From assembly GCA_963822445.1 (NCBI GenBank), contig CAWGHO010000001.1:1216001-1280000 (forward strand): DNA of 64,000 bases, given 5' to 3'. This document shows positions 12,038 to 21,105 of the stretch, in pieces (position 1 is the first letter of the stretch; every line of letters starts with the position of its first letter). The DNA is from an uncultured Acidobacteriota bacterium. Lineage in GTDB: Bacteria; Acidobacteriota; Thermoanaerobaculia; Gp7-AA8. Below the pieces are notes generated by a model that was given only the letters and a program-made list of their open reading frames with translations, was not told the origin of the DNA and ran no database searches. The position numbers were made by a program, and so were the translations under genes.

Positions 12038-12094
12038 GCTAACTACTGCCAGGAGCTGTCGGCGGGCCGTTCGCCGCGCCCGGCGGCCGAGCCG

Positions 12095-13424
12095 CATTCG
12101 CATTAAGTTAAGAGCCGGCGTACCCTAAGTGTATGAATCGACGGGTGGATGAGCGGGAGTGGATTCAGTATCAATGGGACTATCTGGTGGCGCTGCTGGG
12201 TGGCAAGCGGCGCATTGAGCGGCTGGCGTATGAGACCGGTGCATTTACGCGACGGCGGAAGGTCGATAGTCCAAGTGATCTGCTGCGTCTGATCTTCACG
12301 TGGGCGGTTGCCGAACGGTCGTTGCAAGAGACTGCGGCCTTGGCTGCCGAGTCGGAACTGGCGGATCTGAGCGCGCCCGCTCTGCTGGGCCGATTCTCAC
12401 AGGCCGAGGCGTGGCTCGGGGCAGTTCTGGGTGATCTGCTCGCTGCGCGGAGCGCGGTCACCTACCGGGTACCGACGTCCGGTTAATCGATGCCACCTCA
12501 ATCAGTTGCCGTGGCAGCAACAACACCGAGCGCCGGGTCCATCTCGCGCTGGATCTACGTACGAACCGCACCACAGCGGTCGACCTCTCTGACCGGCACG
12601 GAGGCGAGACGCTGGAGCGCTTTGTCTTTCGTCCAGGGGAGATCGTGATTGCCGATCGCGGATATGCGAAGCGTAAGGACGTTGCGCACGTGTCGCGAAG
12701 CGGTGCATGGTTTGTGATCCGGATCGGCTGGACCAACCTGCCGCTCGAGCATCTGGACGGGGAACCTTTCGACCTGATTGGAACGCTTGGCGGCCTCCCT
12801 GAGGCGGCGGCTGCAGAGTTTTCCGTTCAGATTCGTACGGCGAAGGATGCGTTGGTGCCGTGCCCTGGTGGCTGTACGGAAGAGCGAACCAGCCGCCGAG
12901 CGCGCACGGCAGCAGATCCTCGCCGACGCCCGACGGCACGGCAATCCGCAGGTCGACCTGCGCACACTCGAAGCCGCGGGGTGCATATTCGTCATCACCA
13001 ATTTGCCCAACGAGATCTCGCCGAGAGCGTGCTGGAGCTCTATCGCCTACGGTGGCAGATCGAGATCAAGTTCAAGACCCTCAAGTCCGTACTTCACCTC
13101 GGAAACCCGCCGACCCGAAGCGGCGAGCTGCTGAACGTTTATCTCATGGCGAAGCTGATCGTTGCGCTGCTGATCGAGGAGTTCATCTATCAGGCCGAGT
13201 CTATTTCCCCCTGGGGATACCCGCTCGAGGCCAATACAACCGTGGCGGCTGACGCGACTCCTGCTTGAAGCTGTGATCGCCGCAATCCGGCCAGTGCTGT
13301 CGCTGCGACTCCGCTGGAGTCGGCCCCTTCGCTGTTCCCGTCATCTTGCCCAAGCGAATAGAAGTCGACCAAACCAGCGCACGTCGGCACGCTACGTTAC
13401 TGGAGACATAAGTTAATGCGAATG
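12095..13424 (+). mobile_element. IS4-family (IS186/IS421-like) insertion sequence (1330 bp)
   Basis: IRs CATTCGCATTAAGTTA / CATTCGCATTAACTTA (15/16); 11-bp TSD CGGCCGAGCCG at 12084-12094 and 13425-13435. Confidence 0.92.
12133..13268 (+). pseudogene. IS4-family transposase, frameshifted (about 3 indels)
   Basis: IS186-like N-terminus (GAFTRRRKVDSPSDLLRL), then RLIDAT, IADRGY and YRLRWQIEIKFKTLKS; an internal segment lies in a different frame. Confidence 0.85.
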
Positions 13425-13977
13425 CGGCCGAGCCGCCTACCACGTCCCGCGATGCACGGCGTCACGCCGCTTGCAACCGCGTCAACGTCAAATGCGGCAA
13501 GCGGCGTGCCGCGACTGCTCGCTCGCACGTGGGGCCTCGCCGCAGCTCAGGCGATAGACGTTCGTCGAGAAGCACCCTTTCCATGAACGCTTCGTATCTC
13601 GCACGTTGAACGCGTGCGTGGCGCGGCGCCGCGCCCAGGCGACGCGGACGCACGACTTCCAACCGCGCACAATTCGCTCGATGAAATAGACGGAGGTTTG
13701 CGAATCGGTTCGGGCAACATGGCAAAGCGCCAAGCGCCCCATCGGTGGCATCTTCAATCTAGCGCATCTCACGCGATCACCCTACTGTCCGCATGCCATT
13801 CAAACCGCGCAATAGACGGCGACCTCTATCGTTGCGGTGGTCGCTAAGCCAGTGCGTCTATTGGTTATTCGGTCGACGAACACAAAAAGCTTAAGGTGGC
13901 TTTATGGGAGCCCGACCGCGCCTGACTCACGCCGCAGGCCGAGTGTCGGACGATCACATGCTATTCTTGATCTGCCG

Positions 13978-14511
13978 ATGCAGAGCTCGAGAGGCATAGT
14001 TGTACGTGCAGCGACTTGGGTGGTCGCGGCCTTCCTTGCTTCGGGGTTCCAATTTTCAACCTCCGCGCAGGAATCGCAGCGTCTCACGGCAAGCGATGCA
14101 TTCGCCATGTACTCATCGATGCTTGCCGAGATTTCACACGCGTCGCTCGACGACTTTAAAACTGTCATCGGCTTGCTTGAACGAGACGGCTTCCGAAAGG
14201 CGTCCGACAACTCCTGGCGTTTCCGAAACGAAAGCGGCAGCGTCGTCGTCGCCGCGTACCCAGAGCAGGGATCGTACTTTGTCTCGCTTGCGCCCAAGAA
14301 TACAGGTCCGTTCGGCGATGCTGCTCTGGCCGCCCTGATAGCCAAGGCGGAGGCAGTCATGCTCGACAGCGGCGGACAATCCATCGAGATATTGCTTCGC
14401 CGATCGAACCAGCAACGTCTTGGGAAGACCGTCGAGGTCAGCGAGTACATCTACGTCGCCCTGAATGGTGCCATCTGGTGGCGAACGTCACGCGCAATCG
14501 TATGGCGCTAA
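13978..14511 (+). CDS. Secreted hypothetical protein (gene cassette cargo)
   Basis: MQSSRGIVVRAATWVVAAFLASGFQFSTSA signal-like N-terminus; TGnTATTCT 10 nt upstream; stop 5 nt before attC 2. Confidence 0.6.
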   Translation: MQSSRGIVVRAATWVVAAFLASGFQFSTSAQESQRLTASDAFAMYSSMLAEISHASLDDFKTVIGLLERDGFRKASDNSWRFRNESGSVVVAAYPEQGSYFVSLAPKNTGPFGDAALAALIAKAEAVMLDSGGQSIEILLRRSNQQRLGKTVEVSEYIYVALNGAIWWRTSRAIVWR

Positions 14512-14516
14512 ACGCG

Positions 14517-14714
14517 GCATAACTACTGCCAGGAGCTGTCGCGGCCCGGCTTCGGTCCGCCGGCCGAGCCGGCTGCTTTTTCGCCAGAGGGACGGCGTCA
14601 CGGCGGTTGCAGGTCGCCACTCGCTGCATCGCAGTTCATTGGCGGCAACCGCCGCGCCGCTCCGGCTTCGGCGCGCGGGCCCTGGCCGCGCAGCTCAGGC
14701 GATAGACGTTAGCC
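14517..14714 (+). other. attC-like site 2 (intact, 198 bp)
   Basis: R'' GCATAAC, 5-nt spacer, L'' CCAGGAGC ... L' GCTCAGG, R' GTTAGCC; arms GAGCTG(T)CGCGGCC / GGCCGCGCAGCTC pair; inner stem CGGCGGTTGC / GCAACCGCCG. Confidence 0.88.
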
Positions 14715-14813
14715 TGACACCGAGAGAGAGCGCCAGAACTCATACTTTCGAGCGCCGCATCCCGATGACGTACTCGTGACGTAAGTCTCGGCACTCGTGT
14801 AAGATCGTTCGCA

Positions 14814-15038
14814 ATGCCACAAGCCTTCGACACCTCGCCGCGCGCAGCAGCCGTACACGCCCAGCTCTATCGTGACATCGGCCCAGCGAAGCGAGCTGAA
14901 ATCATGGCGGAGCTCAGCGACGCGCTACGAGATCTCGCTGCGGCCGGCGTCCGGCGACGACATCCTGAGTACGATGACGAGCGTGTTCGAAAAGAAGTCC
15001 TCGCGGTCTTCTATGGCCGCGGTCGAACGTCGCTGTGA
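14814..15038 (+). CDS. Small helical protein, putative antitoxin-like partner (cassette cargo)
   Basis: 74 aa (DTSPRAAAV..LYR....KRAE); GTGA overlap with the nucleotidyltransferase; TAAGAT 8 nt upstream. Confidence 0.7.
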   Translation: MPQAFDTSPRAAAVHAQLYRDIGPAKRAEIMAELSDALRDLAAAGVRRRHPEYDDERVRKEVLAVFYGRGRTSL

Positions 15039-15592
15039 GCCTCCGAGACGCTTTTCGAAACATGCGAGATGCTCTTGAGGAGCTTGGAATACCGTACATG
15101 GTGACGGGTTCCGTCGCGAGCTCCGTGCACGGTGTTCCGCGAGCTACTCAAGACATCGATGTGATCATCGAGCCGACACGTGACCAGCTAGTTGCGCTCT
15201 TAAACAGGTTTTCCGAACCAATCTACGACGCCGATCGCGACGACGCTTTGGATGCTCTCAATCGACGATCAATGTTCAGCGTGATCGATCGCAGAGGCAT
15301 ATGGAAGATCGACTTCATCGTTCGCAAGCAGCGTCCGTTCAGTAAGAAAGAATTTGACCGACGGGTGAGAATCGATATTCTCGATGTTTTAGTGTATTCG
15401 GCGACACCGGAAGATGTACTCCTTGCAAAGCTCGAGTGGGCGAAATTGGGTGAATCCGAACGCCAGATCCGTGATGCTGCAGGCATCATCGAAATTCAGG
15501 GCGAGAAGCTTGACCGTGAGTATGTGGAGCGGTGGGCCGCAGCCCTGGATATTGAGGATCAATTGCACGCAGCACGAGCAAAGGCAGGCTAA
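15035..15592 (+). CDS. Pol-beta-superfamily nucleotidyltransferase (cassette cargo)
   Basis: YMVTGSVASSVHGVPRATQDIDVII (GS + DxD), TPEDVLLAKL, RQIRDA; stop lies in attC 3 R''. Confidence 0.8.
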   Translation: MSLRDAFRNMRDALEELGIPYMVTGSVASSVHGVPRATQDIDVIIEPTRDQLVALLNRFSEPIYDADRDDALDALNRRSMFSVIDRRGIWKIDFIVRKQRPFSKKEFDRRVRIDILDVLVYSATPEDVLLAKLEWAKLGESERQIRDAAGIIEIQGEKLDREYVERWAAALDIEDQLHAARAKAG

Positions 15593-15767
15593 CTACTGCC
15601 CGAGGCTGTCGGAGAGCCGTCTGCCGCGCCCGGCGCTGAAGCGCCTCGTGAAGCGTTGCTTGCCCGCGGAAGGCCGGCCATCCCTACGCGCCACGGCGCC
15701 GAGGAGCGCGCCACGCAAACCCTACCCACGCGGAACCTCGCCGCATCTCACGCGTTAGACGCTGGAT
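15587..15767 (+). other. attC-like site 3 (degenerate)
   Basis: GGCTAACTACTGCCCGAGGCTGTCGG ... CCTCGCCGCATCTCACGCGTTAGACGCTGG, homologous to sites 1 and 2 at both ends with several substitutions. Confidence 0.7.
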
Positions 15768-15819
15768 TGCCCTCGATTCCGATAGCATCGAGCCCCGTAG
15801 CCGTCAGGGAGGGAGAAAG

Positions 15820-16986
15820 ATGACGTACCGCGTTCTTATATTCACCTTGCTCGCGCTCTGCGTGAGCGCAACCGCCGCGTCGCAGCCGGTCGTCGTCGGG
15901 CAAAGCCACCGCCTTCGTTCATCGGTCCTGAACGAAGACCGCACTTACCGCGTTCATCTTCCGGCGAGCTATGGATGGGCGAAGGATCGGCGATATCCGG
16001 TTCTGTACGTGCTCGATGGCGCGACGCATTTTCTGCACACGTCCGGGTCCGCCGGCTATCTCGCGGCGCAGGGCGAGATCCCGGAAATGATCGTGGTTGC
16101 GCTCGACAGCACCGTCCGGATCAGAGACTTCACCCAGTCGGACTGGTCGAGCGCATGGGTTGGAGGAGGGGGCGCGGCGAACTTCAAGCGCTTCCTTTCC
16201 ACCGAGCTCATTCCGAACATCGAGCGCGCTTATCGCACCAACGGGTTCCGCGTGCTGGCCGGCCACTCCGCCGGTGGACAGTTCGTCCTGTACTGCCTCA
16301 CCTCCGAGCCGTCTCTCTTTCAGGCCTACATGGCGTTCAGCCCGAGTCTCGACTGGGACGACAACCTGCCCCAGAAATCGCTGGCCAAATCGTTCGACTC
16401 GACGCGCTCGCTGAAGGCGTTTCTGTACGTCGCGCGATCGGATGATTCCGGCCGCGCATTGGAGGATTACGACCGGCTGGTGGAAACCCTGAAAACGAAA
16501 TCGCCGCAGGGATTCCGCTGGCACAGCCAGCCCTATCCTGACGAAACCCACGGCAGCATTCCTTTGCTCGCACAGATCGATGCCCTTCGCCGACTGTACT
16601 CCGGTTACCGGTTTCACGGAGACCTGGTGTCGAAGGGCCTCGACTTCGCGGAGAAGCATTTCGAAGAGGTCTCCAGGACCGTGGGATGGCCTCTGCCCGT
16701 TCCCGAAAGCGTGATCAACGATTTCGGTTACGACGCGCTGGCGGCGGGGAAAACGGAAGCTGCCATTACTCTCTTCACGCGCAACGTTCTGGCGAATCCG
16801 AATTCCGCCAACGCCTACGACAGTCTGGCGGACGCGTATGAAAAGGCGGAGAACTGGAAAGAAGCGGCAAAAGCAGCAGAGAAAGCCGCCGCTCTGGCTA
16901 TAGAGTTCGACCTTGCCAACCGGGAGTACTTCATTCAGCACGCCGCAAAAATGAAGGCCCGGCTCGAACAGGAATCGAAACCATGA
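15820..16986 (+). CDS. Secreted alpha/beta hydrolase (IroE-like esterase) with C-terminal TPR
   Basis: YPVLYVLDG, GHSAGG nucleophile elbow, ETHGS, NPNSANAYDSLADAY TPR; GGAGGGAG RBS. Confidence 0.88.
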   Translation: MTYRVLIFTLLALCVSATAASQPVVVGQSHRLRSSVLNEDRTYRVHLPASYGWAKDRRYPVLYVLDGATHFLHTSGSAGYLAAQGEIPEMIVVALDSTVRIRDFTQSDWSSAWVGGGGAANFKRFLSTELIPNIERAYRTNGFRVLAGHSAGGQFVLYCLTSEPSLFQAYMAFSPSLDWDDNLPQKSLAKSFDSTRSLKAFLYVARSDDSGRALEDYDRLVETLKTKSPQGFRWHSQPYPDETHGSIPLLAQIDALRRLYSGYRFHGDLVSKGLDFAEKHFEEVSRTVGWPLPVPESVINDFGYDALAAGKTEAAITLFTRNVLANPNSANAYDSLADAYEKAENWKEAAKAAEKAAALAIEFDLANREYFIQHAAKMKARLEQESKP

Positions 16987-17357
16987 TCAACGGCTTTCAC
17001 GGCGTTCGCTATCAGGTGAAGGATGTCGCCCGATCGATCGACTTCTACACCGAACATCTCGGCTTCAAACTGGAGCACAAGCAGCTTCCCGCGTTTGCCG
17101 CTCTTTCCCTCGGCGCGCTCCCGCTCCTGCTGAGCGGGCCCGGCGCTTCGGGCTCGCGTCTCGTCAATGGCGAGCCTCAGGAGCCGGGCGGCTGGAATCG
17201 CATCGTTCTTCGCGTTGCCGATCTTTCGTCATTCATCGAGGCCCTAAGCAAGGCCGGTCTCCGGTTTCGAGGCGAAATGCAGGTTGGCCCGGGAGGAAAG
17301 CAGATTCAATTGCTCGACCCCGACGGCAATCCGATCGAGCTATTCGAGCCGGCCTAG
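16983..17357 (+). CDS. VOC/glyoxalase family protein
   Basis: VKDVARSIDFYTEHLGF, DPDGNPIELFE; ATGA overlap with upstream gene. Confidence 0.9.
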   Translation: MINGFHGVRYQVKDVARSIDFYTEHLGFKLEHKQLPAFAALSLGALPLLLSGPGASGSRLVNGEPQEPGGWNRIVLRVADLSSFIEALSKAGLRFRGEMQVGPGGKQIQLLDPDGNPIELFEPA

Positions 17358-19631
17358 GATCTCCTGATACCTGGCCTCCCCTCGCAGCGGCTCGAACGGC
17401 GGCGAGACGCGCATGGCCGACAGCCAGTAATCGCGATTCGCATACGCCTCGTCGAGCAGCGCCGTGGCGCGGGCGCGATCGCCGAGGAGGTACCAGGTGC
17501 CCGCTCGCAAAGCGGGGGTATGGGTGATGCCGGGCGAGGTCGGGCCGAGATCCTCGAGTGTGGCGATGGCCGCGACGCGGTCGCCGGTGCGCGCGTACGC
17601 GTAGGCGAGAAACGACTTCGAGACCGGGAAGTTCCGCGATGCCGAGTAGCGAAGACCCTCGATGGCTTTCGCGTAATCGCCCGAAGCCAGCGCGACGTAG
17701 CCGCGGATGTGCCGCGGATACAGCGCGTTCGGATCGAGCTCGATGGTCTCGTCGATCTGCTTCGTCGCTTCCTCGCGACGCCCGGCGTGCACGAGCGCGA
17801 AGGCGACGTTCGACTGGATCTGCGTCGAGAACGGATCGAGCCGCGCCGCTTCCTGCATCTGTCCGACGCCCTCCTGCGCGCGGCCGACGTTCACGAGGTA
17901 GACGCCATACCAGTGATGGGCGACGGCGTAGTTCGGATTGAGCTCGAGCGCGCGGCGGAACGATCGCTCGGCGGACGGCAGGTCGAGGAGGCAACAGAGA
18001 TTCAGGTATCCGAGGGATGTGTGGGCTTCGGCGAGGCTCTCGTCGAGCTTCAGCGCCTGCCGCGCCGCGGAGACCGCGCGATCGCACGCCTGCCGCCACG
18101 GTGCCGTGCCGAGTTGCATCTGCCCGATGTACGCATCAGCAACGCCGCTGTAGGCGCGGCCATAAGTCGGGTCGGCTTCCAGGGCCTGTTGAAAGAAGCC
18201 GTGCGCCTTCGCCAGCGACTCGGCATCGCGCTTGTTCCAGAAATAGCGGCCCTTGAGATAGAGGTCCGTCGCCGCGCGGCTCTCCGTCGGTGCAGGAGGC
18301 GGCGATGTACGTCCACCGCCTCGCAACGCGCTGGTGACATCGCCGGAGATCTGGCGCTCGATGGCGAGCACGTCGTGCTCGTACTGCCTTCCCCAGAGCC
18401 GCGTGCCGTCGGCGGCGTCCACGAGCTCCGCGTCGACGAGCAGCCGCTTCCCCGAGCGCCGCACCTGCCCGGCCACGATCGCGTCGACGCCGAGCTCCTT
18501 CGCCACCGCCGGAAGCGCTTTGTCCGTGTTCTTGTAGCGAAAGGCCGTCGTTCTCGCGATGACGCGAAGATCGGGCACGCGCGAGAGATCGTTGAGTAAC
18601 GCGTCGGTCACGCCGTCGCTGAGATATTCGAGATTCGCGTCGCCGGTGACGTTCCCGAACGGAATCACCACCAGCGATTTCACGATTCGCGTCGGTGCCC
18701 TGTCCCGAAACAGCAGCGCGACCGCGGTCGCAATCACTGCGGCGGCGATCGCCAACGCCAGAACGCGCGAGCGCTTGCGTTTCGGTTCCGCGGCCGGCTT
18801 CCCCGCCAGCACTTCGCGCAGATCGATCGCGAGATCGCGCGCGGAGTGATAACGATCGTCCGGCTTCTTCGCGAGGCAGCGGCGGACGATGCGGTCGAGA
18901 GCCTCAGGATCGAGTGGCCGAGGCTGTCCGCTGACGATGTTCGAGAGGACGTCGAAGGACGACTCCCCTTCGAACGCCCGCCGCCGCGCGATGGCTTCGT
19001 AGAGGATGCAGCCCGCCGCGAAGATGTCGCTGCGCGCGTCGGCGGTTTTGCCGCGAATCTGTTCGGGCGAGATGTAGCCGGCTGTGCCGACGACGACGCG
19101 CGACTCGGGATCGAGCGGCGTCGTCGCATCGGTCGATCCTGCAATTTGCGGGACCTGCAGCTTCGCCAGACCGAAGTCGAGGATCTTCGCGTAACCGTCC
19201 GCGGTGACCATCACGTTGTCCGGCTTCAGATCGCGATGCACGATCCCCGCGGCGTGCGCCTTGGCCAGCCCCTCGACGACCTGCACGCAATAGCCGAGCA
19301 ATTCGTCGCGCGATACTTCGGGATCGTTGATCAGGTCGCGCAGGCTGCGCCCTTCGATCAGTTCCGAGACCATGTAACTCCGCCCGTCGGCCTCGCCGAA
19401 GCCGTGCACGGTGAGGATGTTCGGATGATTCAGCGCCGACGCCGCCTCGGCCTCCCGCCGGAACCGCGCCACGGCGTCCGCGTCGTTCGCCAGATATGTC
19501 GCGAGCACTTTCACGGCGACGTCGCGGCGCAGCTTCAGGTCGCGGGCGCGATAGACCTCGCCCATTCCTCCCGCGCCGAGGAACGAGACCACTTCGTAGT
19601 CGCCGAGGCGCGTGCCGGGCTCGATGCGCAT
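17340..19631 (-). CDS. Ser/Thr protein kinase with TolB-N-like and TPR domains
   Basis: LGAGGMGEVY, VAVK, HRDLKPDN, DFG, SPEQ; TM segment; SLVVIPFGN..YLSDG; TPRs. Confidence 0.93.
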   Translation of the reverse strand: MRIEPGTRLGDYEVVSFLGAGGMGEVYRARDLKLRRDVAVKVLATYLANDADAVARFRREAEAASALNHPNILTVHGFGEADGRSYMVSELIEGRSLRDLINDPEVSRDELLGYCVQVVEGLAKAHAAGIVHRDLKPDNVMVTADGYAKILDFGLAKLQVPQIAGSTDATTPLDPESRVVVGTAGYISPEQIRGKTADARSDIFAAGCILYEAIARRRAFEGESSFDVLSNIVSGQPRPLDPEALDRIVRRCLAKKPDDRYHSARDLAIDLREVLAGKPAAEPKRKRSRVLALAIAAAVIATAVALLFRDRAPTRIVKSLVVIPFGNVTGDANLEYLSDGVTDALLNDLSRVPDLRVIARTTAFRYKNTDKALPAVAKELGVDAIVAGQVRRSGKRLLVDAELVDAADGTRLWGRQYEHDVLAIERQISGDVTSALRGGGRTSPPPAPTESRAATDLYLKGRYFWNKRDAESLAKAHGFFQQALEADPTYGRAYSGVADAYIGQMQLGTAPWRQACDRAVSAARQALKLDESLAEAHTSLGYLNLCCLLDLPSAERSFRRALELNPNYAVAHHWYGVYLVNVGRAQEGVGQMQEAARLDPFSTQIQSNVAFALVHAGRREEATKQIDETIELDPNALYPRHIRGYVALASGDYAKAIEGLRYSASRNFPVSKSFLAYAYARTGDRVAAIATLEDLGPTSPGITHTPALRAGTWYLLGDRARATALLDEAYANRDYWLSAMRVSPPFEPLRGEARYQEILGRLE

Positions 19632-19688
19632 GATGTGAGATCGCGATTATGGCGAAACCGGAGCGCCGGACCCAGCATCGAAGGGCGT

Positions 19689-20327
19689 ATGGATGAAGAG
19701 CAACGCCGATTGGTGCGCAAGCATCCGCTGGCGATCCGCTGGTTTCACTGGATCAACTTCCCGCTCCTCGCGCTCATGATCTGGAGCGGGATCCTCATTT
19801 ACTGGGCGTATCCGGCCTACATCACCTTCGACCAGAAACTCTGGCGGGCGCTGGGCATCAACAACCGGCTGGCCGAGGGGATGGCGCTGCATTTCTTCTT
19901 CATGTGGCTGTTCGGCGTGAACGGCGTGCTGTACGTCGCGTACACGATCGTCTCCGGCGAATGGCGCGAGCTCGTTCCGCGCCGCGGTACGTTGCGCGAA
20001 GCGTGGCAGGTCGTGCTGCACGACCTGCGGATCCGCAAGGAACCTCTGCCTCGGAAGAAGTTCAACGGCGCGCAGCAGATCGCCTACACGTCGGTGGTGC
20101 TCATGGGATTCGGCTCGCTGGTGAGCGGCCTGGCGATTTACAGGCCGGTGCAGTTCGCCTGGCTGGCCTGGATGTTCGGCGGATACCAGGGCGCGCGGCT
20201 CGTGCACTTCCTGCTCACCGTCGGTTACGTCCTCTTCTTCATCGTGCACATCGCCCAGGTCGTGCGCGCGGGATGGAACAACTTCCGGGCGATGGTCATC
20301 GGCGTCGAGGTCGTGAATGAGCGATGA
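19689..20327 (+). CDS. Cytochrome b/b6-domain membrane protein
   Basis: RWFHWINF, ALHFFFMW, KFNGAQQIAY, RLVHF..FFIVHI haem-ligand histidines. Confidence 0.85.
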   Translation: MDEEQRRLVRKHPLAIRWFHWINFPLLALMIWSGILIYWAYPAYITFDQKLWRALGINNRLAEGMALHFFFMWLFGVNGVLYVAYTIVSGEWRELVPRRGTLREAWQVVLHDLRIRKEPLPRKKFNGAQQIAYTSVVLMGFGSLVSGLAIYRPVQFAWLAWMFGGYQGARLVHFLLTVGYVLFFIVHIAQVVRAGWNNFRAMVIGVEVVNER

Positions 20328-21046
20328 CGTCGACAAAGAAATCAAGCGTCTGACCCGGCGCGGATTCCTCACCGCCGCGATCGCGGCCGGCGCCGGCTAC
20401 GCGAGCTACAAGTGGCTTCGCACGCGTCCACGCGAAGGCGGCGTGGAATGGCCGATGCGGCGGGTGCTGCAGGCGAATGAAGCGCTGTCCAGCGCCTACT
20501 TCAGCACCGCGCGGCTCAGTCCTCAATTCGATCGCGGCGATATCACCCGCGCCCGCATCAACGGCCGTCTCGGATTGCAGTCGGCTTTCGATCCGGAACA
20601 GTGGCGTCTGAAGATCGAAGGGGCGGCGCAAGCTGTCGCGCTCACGCTGGACGAGATCAAGGCGCTCCCGCGGCACGAGATGATCACCGAGCTGCGATGC
20701 ATCGAGGGCTGGTCGACGATCAACCAGTGGGCGGGCGCGCGGCTGCGCGGATGTGATCGCGAACTACCCGCCGCAGCACGACTCGAAATTCGTCGGCATC
20801 GAGACGCCGGACCGCGCGTACTACGTGGGGCTGGACATCGAGAGCGCCCTCCATCCGCAGACGCTCCTCGCCTACGAAATGAACGGCGCGCCGCTGGCCG
20901 CGCTGCATGGCGCGCCGCTGCGGCTGGCCATCCCGGTGAAGTACGGGATCAAGAACATCAAGCGCATCGGCACGATCCGTTACACGAACGTGCGGCCGGC
21001 CGATTTCTGGGCCGAGCGCGGATACGACTGGTACGCGGGGCATTAG
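20317..21046 (+). CDS. Tat-exported molybdopterin-dependent oxidoreductase (MsrP/YedY-like), frameshift near 20750
   Basis: LTRRGFL Tat motif, LRCIEGWS; continues in the 20753 frame with LLAYEMNGAPL..LHGAPLRL..PVKYGIKNIK..FWAERGYDWYAG. Confidence 0.85.
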
Positions 21047-21105
21047 CGACCTCCCGTCACCGCCTCCCGGCCCCTTTCCATGCTAATGTCGTTGGGGTCC
21101 CAACG

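Larger units (their letters stand above)
10997..13566 (+). other. attC-like site 1 (~189 bp when reconstructed), interrupted by two IS elements
   Basis: R'' GGCTAAC 10997-11003; continues TACTGCCAGGAGCTGTCGGCG at 12044; resumes at 13436; ends CGCCGCAGCTCAGGCGATAGACGTTCGTC at 13566; ends match the intact copy at 14517-14714. Confidence 0.85.

Noticed and set aside
13873-13960. Additional attC starting at TCGACGAAC (complement of GTTCGTCGA 13560)
   Set aside because: No L boxes, family motif or R' follow, and TCGACGAAC also occurs inside ordinary genes here (near 1919 and 4792). Kept only as an alternative to the nested model.
12038-15767. CRISPR array from the repeated AACTACTGCC motif
   Set aside because: Repeats are 180-200 bp imperfect palindromes separated by whole genes, with no cas genes; they fit attC sites.
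15820-17357. Esterase and VOC genes as further integron cassettes
   Set aside because: They follow attC 3 in the same orientation, but no attC follows them and the VOC gene overlaps the convergent kinase.
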